Below are positions 1 through 10,764 of a DNA stretch of 33,542 nt, in pieces. Position 1 is the first letter of the stretch. The number at the start of each line of letters is the position of its first letter. The notes under the pieces were generated by a model. The model was not told the origin of the DNA, did no database searches, and saw only the letters and a list, made by a program, of their open reading frames with translations. Source of the DNA: Conidiobolus incongruus B7586 (Eukaryota); assembly GCA_000697335.1 (NCBI GenBank), contig JNEM01013695.1:1-33542 (forward strand), given 5' to 3'. Both the position numbers and the translations under genes were made by a program.

Positions 1-3000
1 ATTCTGAGGTATTTGAGGAGGAAGTTAAGAGCTTGGTGCTTGTTGTTAGGAGTAATCGTGTGGAATGAATTCATTAATCTCACTACATCGATGTATTTAG
101 TTCCTGAAAGCTGAGGAGCGACGAAATCGGGATCCTTGGGCGTTGGCGCTTTTACTCTGTCATACTCGGCATCCAATTTGAGCAGGAGCTTTTGGAATCG
201 AAGGACATCTGAATCTTTATTGAATTCGAAGTTAGGGTCTGAAACCACAGCGAACACATCATTTACATATTTGATGAGATCCAAATCGAAATAACCGTTG
301 GGTTCACCATATACCACCGTTAAATATTTGTTAACAAAGTTCACCGCCTTTATCTTTGTATCTGGGGTGACCGTTTTGAAACTGGCAATCACGAGCTGCA
401 TATTGATCTGTCGGTTATCAGAAAGCTCGGGCTCTTTGTAGCCGGGTCGATTAGCTTCCTGGTCTTGAATCCTCTTGAGCTCTTGCTCGATCTTAGTCAA
501 ATACAATCTGATCATTTTAGCTCCATTAGTATCAGCTAAATCGAAACTAGGTACACTGATCATGGATAATAAGTCATTTACAAGTTTGGCGATACTAGGG
601 AGGAAGTTTCCATTAGAGTCAGCATAATGCACCTTAAGGTAAAAGTTAATGAATTCAACAGCCTGTTGCTTGTTGAACAGAGTCACATCTCTAAGTGATT
701 CGAACATGAGCTTCTCATCTTCTACCTTATTGCCGGTCAGAGTTGGAGGGAGGAAGTATTTGGGAGCCTCTGTAGGATGATCCAAAGCCTCTTTTGTCAT
801 GATCAACTTCTCGAAGACCAGTCTTAAATTTTCAAGATTTTCTCTAGTAACATAGTTGAAATCGTGGCTAGTGATGAGGTTTTTCAGTTCGACAACTATT
901 GAGAAAATTTCTTTGGGGTAATCCCTTTCACCGGGTGGAATAAAGTAATATTCTACAAAGTGCATTAAAAAGTTATTGATCTCAGGACGGTTAGCTTCGC
1001 TCACATTGTGCAAACTTTCGATAAATCTGACGAAATCGGATTGAATGTCACCGGTAATTTCAACACCTTTGTATTCGATATGCTCTTCTGTTTCAGAGCT
1101 GTAATACTCTCCAACCGCTTCTAATTTGTCGAAGATCTCTTTGATCTTGGATATAGAAACGGGATTGCTAAAATCGAAATCTTTCGCTTTTAGTACCTCG
1201 GTGAGTTCATTTATAATGTCGAAATAATGATGATCCAAACCACCTCCATTTCTACTGTAGTATTGTCTAGTAAAGCTAATCAAATAATTGATGGCACTAA
1301 CTTTGGTCTCAGGCGTGACGTGTCTCAAAGATTCGAGCAATTCTCGAATAAATTCCTTCCTATCATATGAGAATGGCGGTGGGTTGAATGGTTGTTCATT
1401 CTGGTGATGCTTACTGGCCTGCTTGAATGCATCCTCAAGTTGGTCCAACTTGACCAGAATTTCAAATATGGATTCACGATTGTGGAAATCAAAGGAACTG
1501 CTTTCAATATTACTCATTACCTTGCTAATAAGAGGAATCAGGGTGAAATCAATTGTATTTTGGTCATTATGATAGTAATTATTGACAAAACTATCGATAA
1601 ATTCGGCAGCTTCTTTCTTACATGAAATATCTAATTTGGGGAACTGTTCTGAAATAGTCTTTTTATCCTGTGATTTATCACCAGATATCTTGGGTAAATT
1701 ACAAGTTTTTTCGATGCTTCCAGTCTTGTCCAATTCATCCTTAAGGGAATTCAATTGGCTGAAATATAGTGAAATTTGTGCTTGGTTCTCCTTGGAACTG
1801 AGATCAAATCCGGGTTTTGTTACTAGATTGGTCAAATCGCTAACAAGTTTGAAGATTTTAAGATTGTAGTTGCCATTTTTATCAGTGCTGTAGTGATGCT
1901 TGAGATAAGCTTCAAGTGCCTTGATCGCATCTTGCTTATTGTCACGATCTACATTAGCAAATGACTCGATAAGTGCATTGGCATCTATTTCCCTGTTCCC
2001 ACTCACTCGGGGTGGATGATAGTAATTTGCACTCTGATCCGAGCCTTGCGACCAGAGTTTGTATAATTCGGTAATCATATTCGACAATTTATTCACATCA
2101 TCATGGTTATGGAAATCGAAATGATCACTAGATACAAACTTGGTAATTTCTGCCGCTCCTGGCGCAATATGGACATTGAAGTTGCCATTTAGATCTCCTA
2201 CATAAGTTACTAAGAAGAGCCTTATAAATTTCCTGGCTTCATCTATGTTGTCTTTGGTTACTGTTTTAAATGATTCAATCAATTTGTTGAGGTCACTTTC
2301 GAAATTGGTAGTAAGCTGAGGGTGTTCATATAACTGAGCTTTAGGAGCAGTCTCTTCAAGTTTCTTCAAAGCTTCGTCCAGCTTATGGAACTTAGTTTCA
2401 AATTCAGCTCTTATATTAGGTGCGCTACCATCGAATTTATCAGCCTTGAGTAATTCCAAAGTATTGGCTATAAGTGGGAAAATCTTCATGTCAGCTCCAT
2501 CGCCCGAGGTTTTATAGTAATAACTTAATAGTCTGCTTAACTCAGAGTAGGCTTCCTTTATATTTGCTGACTGGATGTAAGGGAGAGTATCAAGGAAATT
2601 CTTCTGATCTTCATGCTTGTTTCCAGTGAGGATGAGTGCTGGGTATTTCGGCTTTTGTGCCTCATCAAACTCCAAGTTGGCATAAATGCTATCCATTTCC
2701 TTGAAAAGACTCATCAAATAGTCTTCTCCAGCCTTATCTAGAGACTGGAAGTTATCCCTCTTCAGGAAATCCATAAAAGAATCGTATTTGTCAATCAATC
2801 TATAGTCAAGGGAGTCACCCTTGCCATAGGACCTGTTCAAGAAGTCGCTTACATATTTGATAGCTTCGGCTTTGGTGTCTTTGGTGATCTGTTTCAATGA
2901 AACCAATATCTTAATTTGATTTTGATGTAAGTCATCTGTTAATTCCGGAGGAATGAACTTTGGCTTTTCCGGATTCTTAAAGGATTCTTTGTATGCTGCT

Positions 3001-6000
3001 TCCAATTTGGTAAACAAATCACCCAAGTTTTTCTGGTTGTTAGGGTCCGTTGGGTTCAAGGAGTCAGATGTGATAAATGCCATTATTTCTTCAACAACTT
3101 TATATACATTGTGATCGTAGCCACCTTCACTCGCACCGTAGTATTTCAAGATCACTTCCGAGAAGAACTTGCTTGCTTCTTGCTTGTTAAAATGATTTAT
3201 CGAAGCAACCGAATTGATCAGAGCTTGGATATCTTTATGTTTGTTATTGGTGATCGTCGGTTTTTTATATCCCCTGATGGCAGAGTTGGGATCCTTTAAC
3301 CTTTGGCTTGTGGTATCAAGTTGAGTGAAAAGATTTCGCAAGCTGAGAATCAATTTCTGAGGTACAGGATATTTGAAAGTCGGGTCATTTACCATATGTT
3401 CGATTTTCACAATAATGGACTGAATTGGAGGATCGAAGTTGTTATCCGAATTGCGATAATATCTTAATTCGTATTGTCTGATGCTTTCTAACGCAGCATG
3501 CTTCGACTCCTGGGTAACTGTAGCTAAAGCACTCATAAGATGGTTATAGTCAACGACCCTATCACCAGTGATAGCGGGTGGATTAAATGGCTCGACCGCT
3601 GGTGTCTTATTTTTGATGTTTTTGAAAGCCTCATCCAACTTGGAGAATAGCTTCTCGCACTCCTCCTTATTTTTGCTACTCTTCGGATCAAATTCAGGAG
3701 ATTCTATCATTTGATAAAATTCATTGATAATTTCAAAAAGGTCTGGATCTATCATATCATCGATTGTGTAATATTTTGTGAAAAAGGATTGCAAGAACTG
3801 GATCATTTGCGGCTTGTTATAGATACTTACTTGAGAAAGCGACGCAATCAAATGTTCTTGACCCTTCTTCACATCATCGGGCAAAGTAGGCGCTTTGAAT
3901 TCTTTAATTGCAGGGTTTTCACTTGGATTATTAACGTATTTCTTGGCTTCATCCAGTATTTTGAAAAGATCCTTAAACTTTTGGATCATCACTGGATCAT
4001 TTCCTTTGAAGTCAATGGATTTGATAAAGGTGATGATCTCCTGGATCGGTTTGTTCAATGAACTAGCGATGGTACCGTCTTTAGCGCCATAATAACGGAT
4101 TAAATATTTGTTTACAGCATTAACTGCCTTCATTTGATTATGGCGGTTTACTGTTTTCAAAGAATCTATGAGATCTTCAAAATCCTTACTTTGGACTCCA
4201 GAAAGAACTGGGACACGATATGGAGCCTCATCTTTATATGATTCTTCAACCTTATGGTACGCACTCATCAAATGAGACAGCAGGGTATTCAGTTCAGTTA
4301 AGTTACTATCGTTGAAATCAGATTTTTGAAGGACTGCAATAATTTGATTGACAAAACTGTATAGCGACGGATCAAACGTGTTATCAGAATAGCCGAAATA
4401 TTGAACCAGGAAGCGGAATGTCAATCCTTTAGCAGCAGTGAGGTTTTCCTTGTTGGTATACCTTACAGCATTCAACCAGGTGATTCGATCGGATTCAAAG
4501 TCTCCTGAGAAACTGACTTCTTCGAAATTGACTGGATTGGGTGGAGGATACTTAGCAATATAATGCTCGTCTTCTAGTTTGTTCAATAGCTCCTTTAAGT
4601 GTGAAACGAATTCTTTACTCTTGAAGTCGGTATCAGGTTTCTTGACGTAATTGAAGATTGCTTTAATGGTTTTGGTTAGAAGAGGGTGGAAATTACCATT
4701 TCCATCACCATAGTACACCGTAATATATTGTGCCACTGGGTTGATCACAAGTTTATGATCTGCATTAGCTGGCAATTTCTTTAAGATTCCAATGAGATGC
4801 TCGAAATCTTCGTCCTTAAAATATGTGAAATCTTCGAGAGGGAAGCCATCGCCAGTTTCATCTACATTAGACAAGCAATGCTTCAACTGGCTAAATAGGC
4901 TGGTTAACTGGTCGGCTGTAATAGGATTAGTGGGATCAAAAGCAGGAGATTGAATATATTGAATAATATTTTGTATCATGGAATGAGTGAGGGGTTTAAA
5001 AAATTTTTCCTTTTCGACGAATTCATTCCTCATGAAATCAATCACTGTTGAAACGAATTCAAAATGATTTCCCTTGTTCACTGATTTCAACGAATCGATG
5101 ATCAGTTGAAGATCATGATCTTTGTCTTTGGTAAATTGGGGCACTTGGTAAGGAGTTTGGGTAGCTGGGCGGTCTTTCACTTTTTCAAACTCCTGATCTA
5201 ATTCTTCAAGCATTATTTGAATATTTCGCATGCTTTTAGGGTCATCCTTTTTATAATTAGGAGATTGGATAGTACTTAAAATTCGATTCACAATTCTTAT
5301 AAGAGCGCCATCGATAGTTTTACCTTTAGAGTAGTGTTTGTAAACATATTGCAGGATCGAATTAGTTGCTTCATCCTTATTGAATTCATTAATAGTTTTT
5401 AATGAATCAAGTAATTGGTTTTGATCATGTCTTATGTCGCCATTAAATTTAGGGGCTTTAAAGTAGCCAAATATTTCATTGGGATTCTTCAAATGAAGAT
5501 CCAATAACTCGAGCTCCGAGAGCCATTTCTGGACTCGCTCTCTGGCAGCAGGATCTTTAGGGTTGAACTCCTTTGAGGTAATGAATTTCGATATCTGCTT
5601 AACCACATCATTTAATCCACCGGGGAATTTTCCTTCTTGGTCAGTATAATGTGCTTTCAAAAATGAACTGATAGCCTTACTAACTTCTGGAGCATCTGAT
5701 GCAGATGCAGTATTCAAAGAATTAATAAGCAATCTAGTATCTTCCCCGCGGTTTTTTGTGAGCGGAGGCGGTTGATAAGGATGAATTGCAGATTGAGCGG
5801 CTTCTTCTAATCTACGGTGAACAGCTTCTATTCTAGCCAAAATTGCTTCAATCTTTTGGTGGTTATGAGATTCAGTGGGGTCAAAATTAGACGTTTGAAA
5901 TAGTGTATTTAGCTCATTGTGGAGGGAGGAGATTTCATCTGGGAGTTTTCCATTGATATCCGCATAATGTTTGGTCAAATATTCATCCATATAGGGAACA

Positions 6001-8732
6001 AATTCTTTGACATGTTCCTTAGTCAGCTTATTCACAGTGCTATAAAAATTTTTCTCGTCGTTCTCTTTATCATTGGTGATGGGTGGGATCGAGAAGGGTG
6101 CGGAAGTTGGAGATTGAGATTCGGATGGTTGATTTATCAAAAAATCTAATGTATCCAAGATATATATTAATTCATTCATATCATCCTCTTTTCTCCCATC
6201 AAATCCTGGCTTTTTGATCAAATCAATTAACTTTTTTGCTTCACCAAGTATATTAGGATTCGCATTGTGATCATCTCTGAGAATATGGTAATTTATATAA
6301 GATGTTGCGAGTTGCACAGCTTTTTCGGTTTCTCCGGTTGGGAAATTTTCAATGAATGAGAGTAACAGTTGAGTATCTGCATCTTTTATCCCAGTAATTT
6401 GATAACTATCCTTCGAGATCACATATTTGGAGACACCTTTGGACAGATCGAAGGAATCGTTAAGTTGCCTAAAAAGACCTTCAACAATTTCTCTTGCTGC
6501 CGGGAAATTGGGATCGAAATCTGGCGAAGTGATGAATTCTTTGATTTGATCGACTAATTCTAACACTGGAAGGTCGTATCCATTCTCAATGTTACCATAG
6601 TCATGCGAGAGGAATTGATCAAGGAAGCTGGCTACTTCTTGTTTGTTTGAGTTGTTGATCGATGAAATAGATTCGATAAACGCTTTAGCATCTGCTATTC
6701 TGTCGCCAGTAATATTTGGCTTCTTATAAGGCTCCTTCTTAGCTGCAATCTTACCCAAACTATTCATTTCATCTAGCAATTTGTCCAATTTCTGAAGGGT
6801 TTGTGGATCTCCAGGCTTAAATTCCTTGGAATTTAGAAAGCTCAAAATTTTATCATTTTGCATATACACTTGAAGATCAAAAGCTCCATTGGGAGCTGCA
6901 AAATGACGAGTTAGAAAATTCGAAGCAAAAGCAACTACTTGCGGTTTTGATTCATTCGTCATTTTTTCAACCATACTTCGGAGTTTTTCCAAATCACTTT
7001 GCTTATCTTCAGAAAGAGACATAAATGACGTTATTCTAGGACCTGAATTTTTATAGTCTGACTGTGGAGCGACTGATGATTCTAGCTTGGTTAACAATTT
7101 CCTCATCCTAAGCTTGACCTCCCCATTACCTAGGTCGAAATTCACCGAATTTACTAAATCCTTCACCTCATTTACGGCATCCAAGATTTCAGGGCTCACT
7201 TGGCTGTTTCCATCAAGGTACTCTTTGTTGACATAATCGAGAATATTCATACGGATGGTGGGTAAATCGCTGGGTTCGGCAGTTTCAAAGGAGTTGATGA
7301 TTTCTTTGAATTGAGGAGATGCATTTCTTGGGAGAGGAGGTAGTGTTCCAACCTCGATGGCCTTCTTACCCTCTTCTGTATTAATTACCCATTGGAAATC
7401 AATTTCAGTCAACTTGTTGATAACTTGATTTCTATCTGATTCATTTTCAGGATTAAATTCGGATTTCTTCATCATTGAGGCCATTTCTGCAATTTTAGCT
7501 CTGATACTAGTGTCAAAAGATCCATCAGGTCGCTGATAATTCTTGATAAATTTCAAAACTTCTGTCTTAAAGCTATCAGCTGGGATTTCATTTGCTATCA
7601 GTGATTTCAAGAAGCGTTGCGATTGTGGACTGAATCTAACATTGGATTTCGACGGATCCTTAATTAATTTGTTAATGAAATCCAATTGACTGAGTGAAGC
7701 CTTTAATTGTAATCTAGTATTGGGATCGTTGGGATTGAAATTGGGGCTATTGACGAGTGCAAATGCTTGGGTAACCGTTGGAGCGAGCAAGGGATTGTAA
7801 GTACCGTCCTCGTTCCTAAAATTCTTGACAATGAACGCAATGGTTTTGCCTGCAGCTTCTCCTTTGTCAACTGTTTTGCTCACTCCTTCCACCACTTGAT
7901 TAGGATCATTACCAACATTCAAGTTCTGAGAATTGAATAATGCATCATAAGCTTGACCTAAGATATTAATCATTTCGATAAGTTTCTCTTGCTGTTCTTT
8001 GTTTTTAGGATCGAAATCAGGGCTATTGATTAAGTCATGGACATTGTTAAGAAAAGGAGTGAGAGAAGGATCGAAGGATTTGTCCGGATTGGCGAATTCT
8101 CTCGCCAATAGACCGTATATAAGTTGTCTTACTTGGTCGGGTGTTCTATCTGATATTCTAATAATAGCTGTCGTTACTGTCCTGGCCTTGATTGTACCCT
8201 CAATAGTTGTTTTCTTGGTAGTGATGGTTCCTGCGTTGCCCAAAGATAATTTACCAGGGTCCTTACCTGTATTAGCAGGCTGTTGTGGAGAAGGTTTAAT
8301 TGCTTTATTTTTATTATAAGCAGCATCCATTTCATTGAAAAGACTGGTCAAATTCGCCTGAGATTTAGGGTCTGTTGGTTTGAATTTGGCATCAGTAACC
8401 AATTGCGATATCTTTCCCATAAAAGGGGTGATAGCGGGGTCCACTTTTCCGGGACTGATCGAATATCGATTTATAATTTCTTGGTTTGCTGTATTTAAAA
8501 AACTTCCTTTATCTTGATTTCCCGAAAAGAATGGAGTGAATAATTTTTGAAAACTGGGAGAGCTATTCTGTCTACGCATTAATCTTCGATAAAAACTAGG
8601 ATCAGGGTTCATTTCATTGAATAGAGCCTTATTTACCATTACATGAAGTTGATCATTGCTAATATTTAACACGCCTTGTACGTCGGAGGTCAACCCCAAC
8701 AATATTACAAGGACTATATTGTTCACTATCAT
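1..8732 (-). CDS. Giant secreted tandem-repeat protein (partial, >=2910 aa, 3' end beyond left edge); ~27 degenerate ~104-aa predicted alpha-helical repeats; function unknown
   Basis: ATG at 8732 (aaccatcATG on minus) reads MIVNNIVLVILLGLTSDVQG-VLNISND...FYRRLMRR-QNSS, i.e. a signal peptide plus a kexin-like LxRR site. The same frame is open wherever I translated it (8732-5880, 5880-3780, ~1740-1500, ~340-3), ending ...HQALNFLLKYLR at the edge. An internal stop would have produced a long ORF in the track, and none is listed. GC content is clearly higher than in flanking DNA. Confidence 0.92.
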   Translation of the reverse strand, partial: MIVNNIVLVILLGLTSDVQGVLNISNDQLHVMVNKALFNEMNPDPSFYRRLMRRQNSSPSFQKLFTPFFSGNQDKGSFLNTANQEIINRYSISPGKVDPAITPFMGKISQLVTDAKFKPTDPKSQANLTSLFNEMDAAYNKNKAIKPSPQQPANTGKDPGKLSLGNAGTITTKKTTIEGTIKARTVTTAIIRISDRTPDQVRQLIYGLLAREFANPDKSFDPSLTPFLNNVHDLINSPDFDPKNKEQQEKLIEMINILGQAYDALFNSQNLNVGNDPNQVVEGVSKTVDKGEAAGKTIAFIVKNFRNEDGTYNPLLAPTVTQAFALVNSPNFNPNDPNTRLQLKASLSQLDFINKLIKDPSKSNVRFSPQSQRFLKSLIANEIPADSFKTEVLKFIKNYQRPDGSFDTSIRAKIAEMASMMKKSEFNPENESDRNQVINKLTEIDFQWVINTEEGKKAIEVGTLPPLPRNASPQFKEIINSFETAEPSDLPTIRMNILDYVNKEYLDGNSQVSPEILDAVNEVKDLVNSVNFDLGNGEVKLRMRKLLTKLESSVAPQSDYKNSGPRITSFMSLSEDKQSDLEKLRSMVEKMTNESKPQVVAFASNFLTRHFAAPNGAFDLQVYMQNDKILSFLNSKEFKPGDPQTLQKLDKLLDEMNSLGKIAAKKEPYKKPNITGDRIADAKAFIESISSINNSNKQEVASFLDQFLSHDYGNIENGYDLPVLELVDQIKEFITSPDFDPNFPAAREIVEGLFRQLNDSFDLSKGVSKYVISKDSYQITGIKDADTQLLLSFIENFPTGETEKAVQLATSYINYHILRDDHNANPNILGEAKKLIDLIKKPGFDGRKEDDMNELIYILDTLDFLINQPSESQSPTSAPFSIPPITNDKENDEKNFYSTVNKLTKEHVKEFVPYMDEYLTKHYADINGKLPDEISSLHNELNTLFQTSNFDPTESHNHQKIEAILARIEAVHRRLEEAAQSAIHPYQPPPLTKNRGEDTRLLINSLNTASASDAPEVSKAISSFLKAHYTDQEGKFPGGLNDVVKQISKFITSKEFNPKDPAARERVQKWLSELELLDLHLKNPNEIFGYFKAPKFNGDIRHDQNQLLDSLKTINEFNKDEATNSILQYVYKHYSKGKTIDGALIRIVNRILSTIQSPNYKKDDPKSMRNIQIMLEELDQEFEKVKDRPATQTPYQVPQFTKDKDHDLQLIIDSLKSVNKGNHFEFVSTVIDFMRNEFVEKEKFFKPLTHSMIQNIIQYIQSPAFDPTNPITADQLTSLFSQLKHCLSNVDETGDGFPLEDFTYFKDEDFEHLIGILKKLPANADHKLVINPVAQYITVYYGDGNGNFHPLLTKTIKAIFNYVKKPDTDFKSKEFVSHLKELLNKLEDEHYIAKYPPPNPVNFEEVSFSGDFESDRITWLNAVRYTNKENLTAAKGLTFRFLVQYFGYSDNTFDPSLYSFVNQIIAVLQKSDFNDSNLTELNTLLSHLMSAYHKVEESYKDEAPYRVPVLSGVQSKDFEDLIDSLKTVNRHNQMKAVNAVNKYLIRYYGAKDGTIASSLNKPIQEIITFIKSIDFKGNDPVMIQKFKDLFKILDEAKKYVNNPSENPAIKEFKAPTLPDDVKKGQEHLIASLSQVSIYNKPQMIQFLQSFFTKYYTIDDMIDPDLFEIINEFYQMIESPEFDPKSSKNKEECEKLFSKLDEAFKNIKNKTPAVEPFNPPAITGDRVVDYNHLMSALATVTQESKHAALESIRQYELRYYRNSDNNFDPPIQSIIVKIEHMVNDPTFKYPVPQKLILSLRNLFTQLDTTSQRLKDPNSAIRGYKKPTITNNKHKDIQALINSVASINHFNKQEASKFFSEVILKYYGASEGGYDHNVYKVVEEIMAFITSDSLNPTDPNNQKNLGDLFTKLEAAYKESFKNPEKPKFIPPELTDDLHQNQIKILVSLKQITKDTKAEAIKYVSDFLNRSYGKGDSLDYRLIDKYDSFMDFLKRDNFQSLDKAGEDYLMSLFKEMDSIYANLEFDEAQKPKYPALILTGNKHEDQKNFLDTLPYIQSANIKEAYSELSRLLSYYYKTSGDGADMKIFPLIANTLELLKADKFDGSAPNIRAEFETKFHKLDEALKKLEETAPKAQLYEHPQLTTNFESDLNKLIESFKTVTKDNIDEARKFIRLFLVTYVGDLNGNFNVHIAPGAAEITKFVSSDHFDFHNHDDVNKLSNMITELYKLWSQGSDQSANYYHPPRVSGNREIDANALIESFANVDRDNKQDAIKALEAYLKHHYSTDKNGNYNLKIFKLVSDLTNLVTKPGFDLSSKENQAQISLYFSQLNSLKDELDKTGSIEKTCNLPKISGDKSQDKKTISEQFPKLDISCKKEAAEFIDSFVNNYYHNDQNTIDFTLIPLISKVMSNIESSSFDFHNRESIFEILVKLDQLEDAFKQASKHHQNEQPFNPPPFSYDRKEFIRELLESLRHVTPETKVSAINYLISFTRQYYSRNGGGLDHHYFDIINELTEVLKAKDFDFSNPVSISKIKEIFDKLEAVGEYYSSETEEHIEYKGVEITGDIQSDFVRFIESLHNVSEANRPEINNFLMHFVEYYFIPPGERDYPKEIFSIVVELKNLITSHDFNYVTRENLENLRLVFEKLIMTKEALDHPTEAPKYFLPPTLTGNKVEDEKLMFESLRDVTLFNKQQAVEFINFYLKVHYADSNGNFLPSIAKLVNDLLSMISVPSFDLADTNGAKMIRLYLTKIEQELKRIQDQEANRPGYKEPELSDNRQINMQLVIASFKTVTPDTKIKAVNFVNKYLTVVYGEPNGYFDLDLIKYVNDVFAVVSDPNFEFNKDSDVLRFQKLLLKLDAEYDRVKAPTPKDPDFVAPQLSGTKYIDVVRLMNSFHTITPNNKHQALNFLLKYLR
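3..8480 (-). repeat. Protein-level tandem repeat array, period ~310-320 nt (~104 aa)
   Basis: A recurring S/T-x2-F-[DN]-x2-[DN]-P-like motif lies near 8365, 8015, 7735, 7455, 7138, 6820, 6515, 6200, 5882, 5565, 5250, 4937, 4625, 4315, 4010, 3690, 3375, 3055, 2750, 2435, 2115, 1805, 1485, 1175, 860, 545 and 228 (approximate). Example unit: PYRVPVLSGVQSKDFEDLIDSLKTVNRHNQMKAVNAVNKYLIRYYGAKDGTIASSLNKPIQEIITFIKSIDFKGNDPVMIQKFKDLFKILDEAKK. Confidence 0.88.
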
Positions 8733-10764
8733 GATGGTTCAATTTAATTTCCAGCACGATAATAGTGAACATACAAATATTTCTATATATCCAAATTCAA
8801 ATTATATTCTAAAAGGTATCCAGTACCGATTAATTGTATTTGGAAAAAAGATCAAAAGCTAAAAACTCGAAATGAGGCTGACCAACACTACAATTTATAT
8901 GTTTAATATTAATCAATATAATATTAATCGATTTTGAAATTCTTTTGTGGCTGACAATTTGAAAATTTTCATATAATTTCCATTAATTCAAAAAGAACTA
9001 AAACTTGATCACGTCCAAAATCTCCAGAAATTGAATTCAATGACGTTTAAGCCCGTACAAATTTACAATTTCACAAATACACCTCGATTATTCAATTGGA
9101 TAAATTCAAAGTTTTTTATTATTTTAGGAGTTTCAAACCGAATCTATTCAATTATAATCTTTAAATTAATCCCCTATTAGGTACAATTTGTTTTGCAACT
9201 TAATTGTATATATTCGTGGATAAAATTGATATAGATTTATAAGGTTTAGTTTTAAATAAATAAAATTTGTAAAATTGAGATAGAATTAATTGTCATTACT
9301 TTAAAATTGTAATAATTAAGAAGGATTATGAAATTGATAGATTTTAAATTTCATCGTTGAATAACATATTAAAATAATAGATAGTTTATAAATCTTTAAT
9401 TCAGTGTTGGTAACCCCAACGTATACACTATTTTTCTCTTTTCGATCATATTTTAATTATTGATTGTCCAATTAATTGATATGTTACTAAAAGACAAAAT
9501 TTTAGTGATGATAAGATTGATATTGTTATTGTGAATAGTTGCGTTAATTATATGACTTTCAGATTCATATATATATATATATATTACCTAATGTCTCTTA
9601 TTATATAAATTGAAAAAATAAGTTAATTTAATAATGTATTATATTACATTAAAAATATCATAGCAAATTATAGGCATATATTTTAAGTGTTATCATCATC
9701 TTCAATGTATATATTTTTTTAAATAGTTTTAATATCAGATAATTAAAAGGATTTATATTCGACTAAAATCTACTTCAAAAATGTAATTTTAAAATTAGTG
9801 AAATTTTGCGATATTTAAATATTTTTAATTCTACTAATATCTTCAGGTTTCATTTATGTTTTATACCATAAATGAATTTTTTTTCAATTTATAATTATTT
9901 AATTGATTTAATTGGTATTGATATTTATTGTTTGCAATTATACTCACCTTCTCTAACACTGAAGATTATATAAACCGAATTTACATACTAATAATATTTT
10001 AATTGGTTAAAATAGTATTTTGTTACATATGTTTATATTTATATTTATATATCTTAAACACCAATGATTTTAGAAAGGGTATTAGATTATCAAAGTTTCC
10101 AATAGATATAATTAATTGATATAGTTGATATTTTCGTTATTTCTCAAATTGATGATGATTGAGAAATCAATCTCAAATTATACAGGTCTAATCACAGTTT
10201 TATAAATAAATTAACCACAATTAAAATACTAACTGAAATTGTATTTTAAAAATTTTAATATATACTACTACAATCTTTGTTTGATTTAAATGACTAGAAT
10301 TATTAACAATCATATTTTATAATTGTAGAAATTCAATACTTAAATCTATATAACATGATTAACACATATATATTAAGTGATCAAAATATATCAACGTTCA
10401 TATAAAACTTATTTTTCAACTAATTTTATATTATCTATATTAATATATACTTTAATACATATTAGAGACTATAGATAGTTGATGATAGTAGAGTTTTATT
10501 ATTATAACTGATTATTATAGTTACTTATCTAAAAAAAACTATAGAACTAATATATTAATTGAATTCATTAGAAAATATTTGATAATTGATATATTGTCCA
10601 ACTAAATTCAAATCTAAATACGAGTCACAAATTTACAATCCCATAATTTTACCAATAATCAATTCCCAATTATATTCATTTAAAATTATCATTAATCCAG
10701 TTAATCAATGCTTGTGAAACAACCACTAATCAACTCCTTAAAAACTATTTCAAACTATAGAAAA

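Noticed and set aside
1325..8862. Short ORF-track entries (1325-1507, 1392-1625, 1582-1869, 3111-3299, 3711-4061, 3895-4092, 5919-6149, 6369-6557, 7999-8319, 8283-8498, 8656-8862)
   Set aside because: They are antisense or alternate-frame shadows of the giant minus-strand ORF, mostly with non-ATG starts and no motifs.
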